A DNA stretch of 64,000 nt from contig JBIKRQ010000001.1 in NCBI GenBank assembly GCA_044349155.1, positions 6,418 through 70,417 on the forward strand, read 5' to 3'. Below, piece by piece: positions 51,101 through 53,738 of this stretch. How positions within the stretch are numbered: the first letter of the stretch is position 1; each line of letters starts with the position of its first letter. The position numbers were made by a program, and so were the translations under genes. The notes under the pieces were generated by a model that searched no databases, was not told the DNA's origin, and was given only the letters and a program-made list of their open reading frames with translations. Origin of the DNA: Myxococcota bacterium (GTDB lineage Bacteria > Myxococcota > UBA727 > VGSZ01).

Positions 51101-53726
51101 TGCGCGTGCTGGTGCCACGGTCACCCTGACGGCGTCGGCGTTCGACGAAGACGGCGACCTCTTGTCGCTCGACCTGTTCGCCAACGGCAGCCTCGTGAAA
51201 CACACCAACGGCGCCGCCATCGCCGAGCCATACACAGTCGGAAGCGACGACATCGTGGTCACTGTTGTCGCCACCGACCGTCGCACGCGTCCCGCACAGG
51301 TCACGCGCACCATCGATGTTCGCAGCTGCCCCGACCGCACGCTCACCGGCGCTGCGCCGTTGTCTGTGGAAGGCACCGTGCCCGCAGGCGACATCGTGTC
51401 GTCGAGCCGCTGCAGTCTTGGCGGGCTCGCCGACGAGACCTGGTCGTGGACCGTACCCCGCACCGGTCGCTACACGTTCGCGGCAGTGAACGCCCTCGGC
51501 GTCGTCGTTCGCGACGGTGGTTGTGGCGGCGCCGAGTTGGCCTGCAGCGGTCCCTCGAGCAGCAATCGCACGAGCCTGGCGCTCACGGCAGGCAGCGTGG
51601 TTGCGATCACCGTCGAGGACTTCGCCGGTGAGCGGTACACGCTCGACATCACGCGCACCGCAGAGTGCGGCGACGGGCTCGACAACGACAGCGACGGCGA
51701 GGCCGACTTCCCACGCGAGCCGGGCTGCATCGACCTGAACGACGACGACGAACTTGACCCGATCCCGCTGCCCGACTGCAGTGACGGCAACGACAACGAC
51801 AACGATGGTCACACCGACTTCGGGAGCGACCCGAGCTGTGTTGCTGCCAGCGGCACCGAGCACACCCCAGGCGACGTCTGTGCAGATGCACTGGTCATCG
51901 AGCCAAACGCGGTCACGCCAGCCGTGGTGCAGCTGTCACGAGCCGTCATGTCGTCGACCTTGTGTGAACCGGGACCCGACGCGTTTGTGCGGCTCGAACT
52001 GCCTGAGCAGTACCGCGCGAGGGTCGGCGTCGAGGCCTACCTGCCGGGTGGGGCGCAGGCTGACGTTGCGGTGTCCCTGGTGGAGACGTGCGGCACCACC
52101 GCGACGTGTCCTGCCGAGACCTTCGAGGTCAGCGGGTCACAGCTGATCGGCATCACGGGGACTGAAGACGTGAACCTGATCGTCGACGGCGTGCTGCTTG
52201 AAAACAGCCGCTGCGACAAGTTCAACGCGCTCGCGGCTCTTGCAGGCAACAGCAGCAACGTCGATGTGCGCCTCGCTTGCGACGAGGAGCTCGTCTGCCA
52301 AAACGACGGGCAAGGTGTCGACCGCTGCATCAAACCCGCGTGCAACGACGGCAAAGACAACGACCTCGACGGACTTACCGACTCGCCGAATGATCCAGGG
52401 TGCACCGGGCCTGACGACCTCGACGAGGGCGACCCGTGCGAGGCGGCCTACGCTGCACCCACGGTCACCATCACGGGCCAAACGACGACGGGCGGCTACG
52501 AAAACAGCGCAACGTTCACGATGAGCACGTCAGTGCCGGGCGCGTACCCGCAGTACGTGCTCGAGGTCAACGGCGTCGCGCAGCGCCCGCAGCGCTACAC
52601 CATGCCCGTGCGTCTCACGCAGTCCACAACAGTGCGCGGGCAGCTGTTGGTCGGCAGTCGCCTCGCATGCGCCGAGCACATCGAAGATGTCGTCGTCGTC
52701 GACACCAAGGCACCCACCGTGGTTTCAACGCTGCCGCGCAATGGCGCCATCGAGGCCGTTGCTCCGCAGCAGGTGGCGGCGCTCTCCGTCGCGTACTCCG
52801 AGTCGGTGCGCACGACTGGTGCGAGCACGTCCATTGTCGAAGCGGGCACAGACGGAGTCTTCAATACCGGCGACGACGTCACGCTCGAGCCATGTAACGC
52901 CACCGCCGCGGCCGCCGACGTGTTGCTTGCTCCATGCGACGTTGGTCCGGGGCGCTATCGGGCGACGGTGGCGGGTGTGACCGATGCGGCAGGGAACGTC
53001 GCTTCGAGCATTGAGTGGACGTTCACGGTCTCGCTCGACAGCGACGACGACGGCGTTCCGGACACGTATGAAGCGCTTCTCGGCCTTCAGCCCAACAACC
53101 CCGACAGCAACGGCAATGGCAAGCTCGACGGTCGCGAAGACTTCGACGGCGACGGCATCAGCAACGAGAGCGAGCTGGCGCTTGGCACCAACCCCGCCGT
53201 GGCAGACAGCGACGGCGACGGCAAGCCTGACGGCGACGAAGACAGTGACGGCGACGCACTCTCCGACGCTGCGGAACTCCTGGCAGGCACCAGGATCGAC
53301 GACCCCGACAGCGACAACGACGGCTTCCGCGACGGCATCGAGGTGGAGATGAAGTCCTCGCCCAACCTCGCGGCCAGCTACCCCAGCGGCTTCGTCGCTG
53401 CGAACGACCAGCCCACGGTGGTGCGCTTCGTCAACGAGTCAGGCGCTGCAGGCCTCGGCACGTTCGCTTCAACGGCGCAGCCAACGATTGTGCGATTCGT
53501 GGCCGATCCAAGTGCAGCCAACATGGGCACGTTCGCCTCTCGGCAGCAGCCAACGGTGGTGCGCTTCAGTTACGAACTCGGCGCTGCAGATACGGGCACA
53601 TTTGGCTCGCGTGCGCAGCCAACAGTGGTGCGGTTTGTCGTCGACGCAGCGGGGACGGGCAGTTTCGTGGCAACGCCACCGGTATGTGTAAACGGCAGCA
53701 ATCTCGACGGATTGCAGTGTAAATAA
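24150..53726 (+). CDS. giant secreted multidomain surface protein, ~9,858 aa
   Basis: Single uninterrupted frame. A GTG at 24150 is preceded by GGAGG (24137..24141) with a 6-nt spacer, and is followed by signal peptide ALATFVTTTIVAVLCCFSSATSA. Domains read by eye: two Big_2 (~25.0-25.5 kb), ~27 Ig-like ~100-aa repeats (25.5-33.6 kb), six to seven [IPT/TIG x2 - LVIVD propeller - SbsA-like Ig] super-modules (33.6-45.3 kb), more Ig-like and propeller-like regions (45.3-51.3 kb), three Cys-framed DxDxDG motifs inside pre-peptidase-C-terminal-like domains (51.3-52.4 kb), thrombospondin-type-3 repeats (53.0-53.3 kb), and four ~22-aa C-terminal repeats ending in a Cys-x10-Cys terminus. TAA stop. Confidence 0.8.
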   Translation: MSDRHAGRGALATFVTTTIVAVLCCFSSATSAEPVGVSVRQPIRVGSSTTVELSITSSGAQVAVSAHGVDAGGAFAQVDGVTTAVDASGVARLSLPLLRAFPEGGRLDVDIVDIDTSGTRSPAVRRTFDAKAAGPRFDAEPAVEISAGGVGVRLSHPTDVVLSDVRIILASAEALRGVNGDLQRAAALSVLSVGRVTTPTRVGATSTSSFFPLLESRSLPADGVALVEATLSDAFGRTSSRSLVSFVDTGALDQLLSLSIGQGPVLLSAGFGQRLALPVTGHFLIAGDVDLRGAESGVVYTSSDIEVVAVTSDGTLVARNNGTATVTARFGSVEASVDVIVDSTAELVSLAIAAADGGPGATIELPRADVSQRVRLLATLSDDRIVDVSDASTIWASSAPGIVRADPGALLVARAPGEATVTATLGTLQGSARVVVRDGEPTITVSAAQAVAGEAFEVTAYPADDIGVERVTFFINGVPANVLEAAPWTIQLQAPPRPGAQITVAAVVTDTAQQPTRSSDVNVSVVAAPVPSAVALSFVKPTTSSFLVAGQGTTLTVSGGSQRGLQAVRFYADGTLIGTSTAARVVLEPGVATAEPVQRVLWEVGYTPATSLAGRGVVLRAVGVEASGAETAAAVVAVRVQADTTAAIVMAAPLASPVQATVGRVMTFSGTIVDDTLALGAQLTLVVDERDIASTNIVATTTDGSIAGTAPFAVRFVPTAIRHEVSIRVTDTNNKVTSRSFVVLTTTELPPEVLILTPVVGASFAVGQLVQLSAAIVDESASTTTVQWFVNGSPVATTDPTGLTASFRAGVAQVGGPVTIEALATDDTGNPRRAARDISVVPDTKVPVVNIDSSLSPSVVVNNDLLVTVTGQDEGGIDRFELLVDDVLVASTNAPGQAGDLDVAHLLVPRAQLARLGAHTLKARAFDKAQNPGASPDVAISVVADGPPSVAIANNRRVVTGSTFTLEATASDDTRVVEVELQCNGVTTVRTAPPYTAPCTAPLAPGPLEVVVTARDATHATTASKTLAVVADTKEPLVSIAPTSLSPHFVGRPLTVEVTASDDTAVASISLTLDDVVLGPPLRRRIGLYEVASWSLPGATFANAGQRLLVAKVVDSSGNPTERSSTLLVVTDRAPVVTITEPAGRSIHKEGDDVTIAWSASDDDGLVGAVGVSGGVFQGVLPTTTTPTSLRGQQVTVVQGPTRSAEASVGIAAKDTAGQVTIKTVDLTIRADLEPPQATLVQPALSATPIVVYAGGALGMRVEGTDDVRIQRVEVAIDGVPLASLDRISEVLETTRFPDPFQPGQTTTSKLRRSVFGEVVSLAGVAQGPHTLKTTVYDLANPVTLREVQIDVRPFTDDQKPVATIVLSPTPDTCVINATIDVRVTATDNVRVSSMTATIGGEQREVIGGDATFPYVVAGPVGARRSFSLVARDAAGNQGTASASCLVVADAAPTVAVTTPASGDVVYPMETVNVSSRVFDDRGGTRTFAFAATALPSVVGGAVAVGISSAQRSLAIDAGGGGADVSVSAGVVTVVPRGAVGEAPLRVTFDAPSRCSIHSVWRTRLGADSSALATFVEQAEALAVEHDCRGSVELDVPHNDIDVVAVQVDFKDGAQVEVGYVDRVPSSVSYADGADALAVALRGATVLAPTTTTVSAPLRIPAAVSLFVGTVAIDVVGQSTLGVSSIFVEEDETAPTVTIGSPVAGRSFVEGYELPIEVSSVDRLATIDVSVLVNSTIELPARFTAGSAWAAVHLPSVLKQERTLSMVATAVDEAGNRSTSAPVVVNIVPDARPAIAFTELRSPVQSYDEAALSGGVVDILQGQRVAVAATCTDDIGVQTVSATIDGTDLPLTRSGSSVQMAWDVPLGADGTPHVLVVRAGDGTAFTERSLVLVALVPKAPVLGIVAPAAEQPLPEGSIRFVVDAIAADDTEVAAVDVLLDGQLALTIDRGEALSIGEVDDAGVAKATDAATQMVLNEMDPEHRDARSVLRFGGTIDLLPGFLVAGERSSFVVTVVARDIEGYETSAERTVVLVDDQTPPHVVVYRPGLAAAVHENALLEVNFDARDDVFVAAVEVRAGDLTAAFDDLEIVETIGGFDLDSVRTAEGNDVVFGPFTVDVPAPAKAPDVEDFVVAIVATDVNGLRSAPEYIVVSLKPDTRPNLSLDVSTTAVVGTTLPVHADAFDDVGVTQVELTVNGLSFQVLQRPPWTFLVPLTAVGTISLDATAMDSAGHVTPLAAPVAVEVKEDTAPAVRVSSPQNHDIRVEGRPLLVQVAANDDVEVAGVSLNVVGLPQPLRLASAAAPWVFSIPLPFGSAGRQLLLTPTATDSHGTSTTGETIQVDVVADRAAPSVAFLAPADNSRLVGGRPFEIDIDADDNVGVQRVEVVALIGGTPTPLPSIAAPPWRTVWMVPTAVGPVVLRATAFDASNNATPTEVLVTVDDDTKPLVSLVGPAKVTAGVPFSLTAEPKDDTGIAYVSFRAAYGTAEPVEIGRRYQQPHTLIHTVPKALIGTAVTFSVVAIDDAQQPGDAAIEPLVVQADTPPTVAVRRPQRDTFVFSGRSMQLEVDASDLETNVAEVSFFVNGRRVATRTAPAGLPGLSHTYVAPFMVPVGVGNRQFSMWATATDSSGNPAMSEVVTFGSIVDTVRPDAALVSPASLDVLTAGTPTTLQATALDNASIQKVAFEVGGSLVGEATVPVVSVAGQPQYEFDWRVPTQPGQLVEVVADASDPTGNHRRTAPVSFEVGLAPATSVPMNSVSVAAITRDGFVAAFNTVPRPTIELKRVGTSTTTSLASIALGDQETVQALATDGRLLAAAVAVAGTTTLRVYDVGLPTVPVLRSTLALNEADVAGMLLDDGILHIASPSRGVTRVSLRTPSAPLRLDTTPTVGSAHALAIAANRWLLVASDGGLRIHDLRHPRLLEVAFVPVPGGARSVAVDGNRAYVGGADVSGSLCAIDLADINVPYIVSIGTHRPRRADHLSKGLAFVDVEGQLVISVADVIDQDARAVKGLVNVATTNNPTAVLYRANQPRSLTEAATSHARPVGIANGRIVSFAGDSLQTFVVPALTIVGTTPGDTALAATDAVVSVRFNTAVVSSSVTATSFAVHAGDLTGPTVPGEVRVVGDLVTFTPASTLDEAAGYTVVLKGGASGISGEQTHLLADHSFRFQTATSSSDAPTIALVSPAAGTVLGGTEVMIAGAGFQPGATVAFGVEASPAVRFVSPGELRAVTPPGPSGPVAITVVNPDQQEDSVLAGWLYLDGVSVGGVAPSSGHLAGGDDVELTGSGFAPGMAVWFDDQQASNVRVESSGRALVTTPPHAFGPADIVVVVEGEQAVQPAGFFYSDLSVSARVSRYEPAIDGSVRPVNKLPGRSLALTAGPADDVVVLGAAAINTAAANIATLLSTSRAGAVNIVDPAGPVIVGGIDLPLPYAPTSIAVSRDGSTAWVLATGATLVDLELAGEGRTALFVFDLTMPTAPQLATSLQVSRTGTGAGTLALIDDVLFAALGSDGVGVFSTAVPTSPTYLGAVQGFVVAGRSRDLVVDHVAADGPRLLAADALAAVSVVLDTTRAGLPVLRATGASFTAAASRADFIWRVVPAGRDATLLQRLAGQPTWAVQDTRGAAIAGTRASHANLLASTSAVASSGEGGGALELFGAPDAAMKHIDAVSLYPAAMLTGVQIAGGRAVVAVQSSVTANERELSNDALVIVDLPFPLVVATSPAANATSVSPATSIDLTFSRDIDNVVATLVARDGSTDGQAVDVSVSTSGKVVHLQPLQSLATSTNYEVKLTSAMCCARATLPAPFTFRFTTGTVATSSEPVIAALAPRTGSVDGGAAVTITGLGFEVGAVVTVGGEVATVEHVDATQMRFVTPRGVAGAATVVVTNPSGAQATRVGGHIYLDNLAIDALEPARGSVEGGTEVLVRGRGFALDSDVTVHFGATPARTVRVLGPTLLRVVTPGGTLGSVDVTVDSGGQRAIAAAAFTYDAPTANSVEVGGVVSDMALVGDYLVVAAGTEGLKVLDTTGRYRFGPLAGTLIPPERRSRLVDENGDRIDDRVVGTWSSASHAVRRLARAPGHGGDRLLVGATADSLVRVFELDLSAPEAPALQHEELVTGAKVLGDIDLDGERLLVATDVGVVSYDVSGAPFEVARTATSTTALAVTGGVGAFGNSAGATLFDGHAPVPNGGTAFAVNTRALDVAADGSVVAATPTGVAVFGFGMPLTSSLFATGAYDIDLVNGIAHVASGSDGVRVFAVDRGRLESLYAIAPASSGSVEVVATDGHQIASARRADGRWFIDWTLHGDLMLTSSSIAPDAVLEHDPSPITLSFSRPLDASTVPLSTTLTIGNERISIAVAGGSLAAPVSTLSIVAGTLPSGGVGELRIAGLRSVDGRTLRHDIVIPVTTARRAGVAPVLSTVSPRLISTKGDTVVVLSGQAFDEPVVTIGGFEATVVSSEAREIVVQAPEGPRGLADVQVTNASGLHDELVGGCVYVEPIAVDSATPRFLNPLGGTLVTIRGHGFMRAGLEAPTGPTVFFRGVPAVQVITRSDTLLQAVAPAGTFGPVPVVVRDAASKRAEGPVLGYGLTSTHSERVSGTTVSSIDIDESQPGYAFAAGGASNGGNRTPRPFVGPLMGAGTIPTTTSAIGFDISGSNGPKTALAAFSALSDNPAEENLLADLVIAVLSFRTPRTVALPDVDLMPDSHDTLVTGDRVLVANGEAGLVSLAMTGEGTTASFFRESSTQAQLARRVALRGHTALVTGIEMGVDPPPDDQDGCNGTKPAKNQDGTVQIVDLRQANDPVTVGALAGGNAIDVAVARAGHAAVLSSSLKGVLYCPPSAAQIASGNPLPQPPEWSLDVLPGHNTWNQSWARIDVLGAVSTNAVLKAQLSLTEDAADVVWITDRVLAVAVESGVRFYDVGARLTQVAFVPFDETLMAVPGKPNALELVGDVLFVASRGGGVVLIDVRKPTVPDVLSAGNTENAIDVDVFGDRAYVAGGASLVELAMPFMLATGSAPARDERVAPTAAPLRVYLNRPVAGFAPSTVVLTGPAGRVEIDVTTERDNARERHAVVATPRAPLAPETSYELTVGTTLTDTQGGRLLLPWTTSFTTGPAGTLQPSIDEVRPLFASAGDVVTVSGTNLTGVKHVRIGGVAASFDIVDGALAVVVPQLAAGSHDVEVVDAGGPTATEPQGLLVLAPLEPATVSPAHGPLAGGTRVTLTFPRASLAPGSSITIGDVAGVAVDVDTLMVVTFATPQRDLAGLVRVAVTRPGEAPVVVGSFAYETPEQLSIDLPGYPDRVASDIALRATRLFVASDASGYFGADIMDISLPERPLRRGSLVTTAPVHGLDVRDDLLALAVDERGVQLVDVFDENAPFVVREVPVFGRATDVRFREQSLWVTTSVDGAAGGFLQEVSLTSQPTTLRAIEFDEDVLAVDEGLDGLAVLTSDITATGADGLTLRLLDANGATTNSIAVDAGVASVADRVRSRLLLLPGRAYVTIGNQVQVYSTSPLTLLETKVVGVRTAGLTRQGALVYVASAAEATLTALEVSRFQVFNVAPRGLAQASTAVSAEVSQPISARSLSPTSMPVTSAFGAVDGTHEVTFDVRGAVATFTPQGLLPARVTASLTTDLRSFSAEPLATPVSWSFTTVDGDQPTITSVTPHTVSIDAPFLLAIDGSGFNEASRVFIGDQEWPATLVGDGHLEVDLEGLGNEGLYAVEVVDASGLRARRDAAIRVDDNLTLIALSPTSGPLMGTNTVTLTGRGFRPGMAVVFGATASFLVSVDSSRSARAIVPPGTSGLVDVTVQVTQEQAQLPAAYRYGSGAVATVTSPPLADVALHGTDIWTAAGGALTREGVTIGQPRGMIVGWDASEPNALRQYQGVIDVGGSGVEHLVVVDDLLYAAAGTAGVQLVDISVTDRAAVVATAAGDGAVHDVVVRDDIVLAADDAGISQLLRTPAGLVALGRVSIAGGVRRLAVARNLVVASAADGTLLVVDARRGDLRVLGRLPLGSAATDIEVDGNRAFVALGAQGMVQIVDLTEPTAPAPIGTVVLQGDAEAWDVDVTMDTILVAAGAGAIQRFSVPVGAQPAWVETLSLNDDVRSFERRGQRLFAATVYPLRAGERLAAGTPLTVSDKLSGAVVTVSTEHLEVLELNPTTIDPIAPNAALTVALGEQLSPSSRAGISLHTDAGALEPLRTQRVDATRILVDVSTGSTLPAGQAVQLTLAGLKGLSTSTQPVTQRATWQTGTRPNESAPAITEVSPAVAPLAGAPLHIRGAALPADATVTIGGAVAVAMSSSRADDLVVLAPAGVEGAATVEVTTPGGLVARRWGGVRYLRSPTITTVQPTSQPFNSRGAVVVKGTGLSSASVVRFGAVPARTTSQQADGSLLVTIPDDVIGDVSVTVANPGDVAIATAATAFTFTLTSHSTIPVDGQRVAARGRRLAIADATRVHLYDTTVPTAVRELATVTLGASALDLELDDDSIVAVTSSALYRWSLARCTPSSCILGAPEVTTYVGGNHVAVGTADDRLVMAVTDGDEATLFASIDGVFDVVASTVLEAPIAELAVTTAGIVALTDATPASLLLLDSTNGLLDVIERRELTGDAVALSTFGTQVAALTTTGFVVVDVDGAIAPVSAGTAVGGSIALHGPVLAIAGANTSLFDVTTSTARHLSFTPTWSRGVAFSNGTLVALSSTAAVLALPYAVPASSTPLPGGALVVGEPVTIALGTEAPVTTVLGGFVNLGVAQHQLTTASSFGAVANVPVVGSFAASVQFGAWPVNNSAFGSPWRFGWHAVDGVPHTLTSVTPDHGPQAGGTVVALSGQGIGTATRLEVGGDVVAFTPTLEGIEFVTPAARAAGPVDIVVTTPTGTLRADAAFAYIAPLTLSTITPAVVDNLGGSVELRGSGFTRGARVTIDNVAVAATFVSSTALQVAVPAGPNAALAVTVTQPGVASVTRSDLLQRDDRHGPVVVNLLPADRPVSPTSSLQLVFDEPVGVPLSPIVLAGVSLAPQRSSVDPRVVELNNATLPSSGSMNLVVRAQRDLLGNAGTEKAIVFRVQDVEKPTLSLRRQGAAVVDGTPFARGLPWTFSLNVNDDSHVVSSLVVTIDGVVVANRTGVSDQTLEFTWAWPQATIADSTSHIAITAIDAAHNQRDLGVNVRVTADNPPAAPTIVFSTASPQDAEPVVVDVASIDDIAIARLVLTVDGQVVSDGSNQTTSVRQRFSAGDHVITARATDNGGQTSPLASRTISVSADTTPPQISLLAPVATARLPKDRQVTIDLDVTDTGGVGSVELRTAGVSRTLSAPPWRFDVMPDSSTLQVDVTALDTRGNHNTRQFTWQTTEAPGSLRLTSPAGDARINEHSTLTIAGTASAATVRVDAFGETVEVAVDGGRFATTRLAPTVVEDEVAVISVGDGRNTAARTVRIVNVDEATGELHVLRWPNGAPLLAGTRLDVAQTVSVPATPSTSIVQDAVVIGSGDSTASATTTSDAHDVTIVAAAITTAAGTALSAAENVAVTPWLTTESNNVIEFDDRTAEVVTVDADTSGATTLALGRTSGGRALLANASAHIDFAGDPVGLVSAGDAVLVVINHQGSTQVQRRRRDTLALTGTTTIAGTTNAVVEAVGLVALGQDDGLVVIRPDGTELQRHVLGAITALASTGNKVTAVVDAADVVDLDVLTGTVSAVAPATATWPQPIDAVAGAGTTLCVLGGANATDIVCADNAAVELPLPARSLSRFGPHLLVHGLADTSLLVGGAAVFSTEDEGVVVSGDRWFFTRNNTVHMRRLHRAAPASVELSGTIPTTMAATTTAASGLTVSSNSDVVDVVTVDVFVDGGRVARAFNGVPALPSIAAGAHEVTICATSVSGAQSCRNSTTTFEPTAPAITAWRVATTATAGGVVNLEFVLQGAVAAVVVDVNGVDQGTGTPLQQREVVMPSAAGSVVVGAVPVAADGTRGARVTSTIAVVAATSAPTFELVRDGSGAIAEGTPIGVKAVDVSADIVEIAFEAVVGTVVGDRRSSIAAPWRVDLRAPATTGASTVVIQATATSRSGQQLRRTLNLTVVDDLTNPSLSLLVLPDGPVAPGALVTTRAVSDAGAVEVTTTIAIDDVVQLTGGAETAFVVPTVAAGALLRVDAVATDAAGNRRQATASRRIAPADSTTTTLTTTPVRRLVAEAGVLVAHTANGAQQLLPTSSSSQPGDVLALWRGQRVIRAANGLVIGGVPVAVGAVDDVKTGHGRLLAHTSTGLVVEIDQTLTSTAIIDASALLDVGVTSILVVRGGRVQRVVAGGVTTLFTTTETIRAGAAIDASRVLVVTDTSTSLVDVSEGVLARVDVGGDRIVTAGARAFVLGDALYELDLRRRAALGVRAVREADNISDIAAFGDTVYFAGSTGVRALKSAATDHDVYATVSTTALGDVPEQIVDVAGDLIVRGAKSQRLDIVGASLSVSATNLPVGVVSSSTDHVVFLTSEGRLSAWRAASSTTWTPLSLPGVAATTTGITTMSSGRGRVWWGRGNELGTAAFSTSIASLTTLDGTIVDVAAAGAQAAVLLSSGRVLLMGVDPRGAPQVLASTAVPVGTRVAFNGDDVVVASTGTLTIVRNVNNALQLATSVALVGTPRRVRLAGHQVLVAAGSAGLHVVDTDTFAVTTFATPRALDAAVVGDSLVVLDALDGVTVRQAQVARAAVAVVAPSSADVLAGSIVSVLADAQRADVTSVELVMGATRQLLGDADDGDLRFNVTLPSSLSVGAPLQFAVTSQSAGGTSTALSPVLYVAAPPSTLSASWVAPGDTAVRPGADVGIAIDVIGAAGVATGLVTVDDVAVGELVDTTTAGTTRRLVSTITVPSDAVDTIDVDVVVTDGAGRSAQVRRTWNVIADTAPPFSLTGLPSTLKAGPAINLVQLSASDDGVFALELAMGSSEAALTTLTRVDGVGSASLTWALVLPANSDGRTVVLQGRAIDSAGHAATPITRSYVVAPDGVAPVPTAGAPLFARAGATVTLTASAFDEDGDLLSLDLFANGSLVKHTNGAAIAEPYTVGSDDIVVTVVATDRRTRPAQVTRTIDVRSCPDRTLTGAAPLSVEGTVPAGDIVSSSRCSLGGLADETWSWTVPRTGRYTFAAVNALGVVVRDGGCGGAELACSGPSSSNRTSLALTAGSVVAITVEDFAGERYTLDITRTAECGDGLDNDSDGEADFPREPGCIDLNDDDELDPIPLPDCSDGNDNDNDGHTDFGSDPSCVAASGTEHTPGDVCADALVIEPNAVTPAVVQLSRAVMSSTLCEPGPDAFVRLELPEQYRARVGVEAYLPGGAQADVAVSLVETCGTTATCPAETFEVSGSQLIGITGTEDVNLIVDGVLLENSRCDKFNALAALAGNSSNVDVRLACDEELVCQNDGQGVDRCIKPACNDGKDNDLDGLTDSPNDPGCTGPDDLDEGDPCEAAYAAPTVTITGQTTTGGYENSATFTMSTSVPGAYPQYVLEVNGVAQRPQRYTMPVRLTQSTTVRGQLLVGSRLACAEHIEDVVVVDTKAPTVVSTLPRNGAIEAVAPQQVAALSVAYSESVRTTGASTSIVEAGTDGVFNTGDDVTLEPCNATAAAADVLLAPCDVGPGRYRATVAGVTDAAGNVASSIEWTFTVSLDSDDDGVPDTYEALLGLQPNNPDSNGNGKLDGREDFDGDGISNESELALGTNPAVADSDGDGKPDGDEDSDGDALSDAAELLAGTRIDDPDSDNDGFRDGIEVEMKSSPNLAASYPSGFVAANDQPTVVRFVNESGAAGLGTFASTAQPTIVRFVADPSAANMGTFASRQQPTVVRFSYELGAADTGTFGSRAQPTVVRFVVDAAGTGSFVATPPVCVNGSNLDGLQCK

Positions 53727-53738
53727 GCAGGAGAGAAT

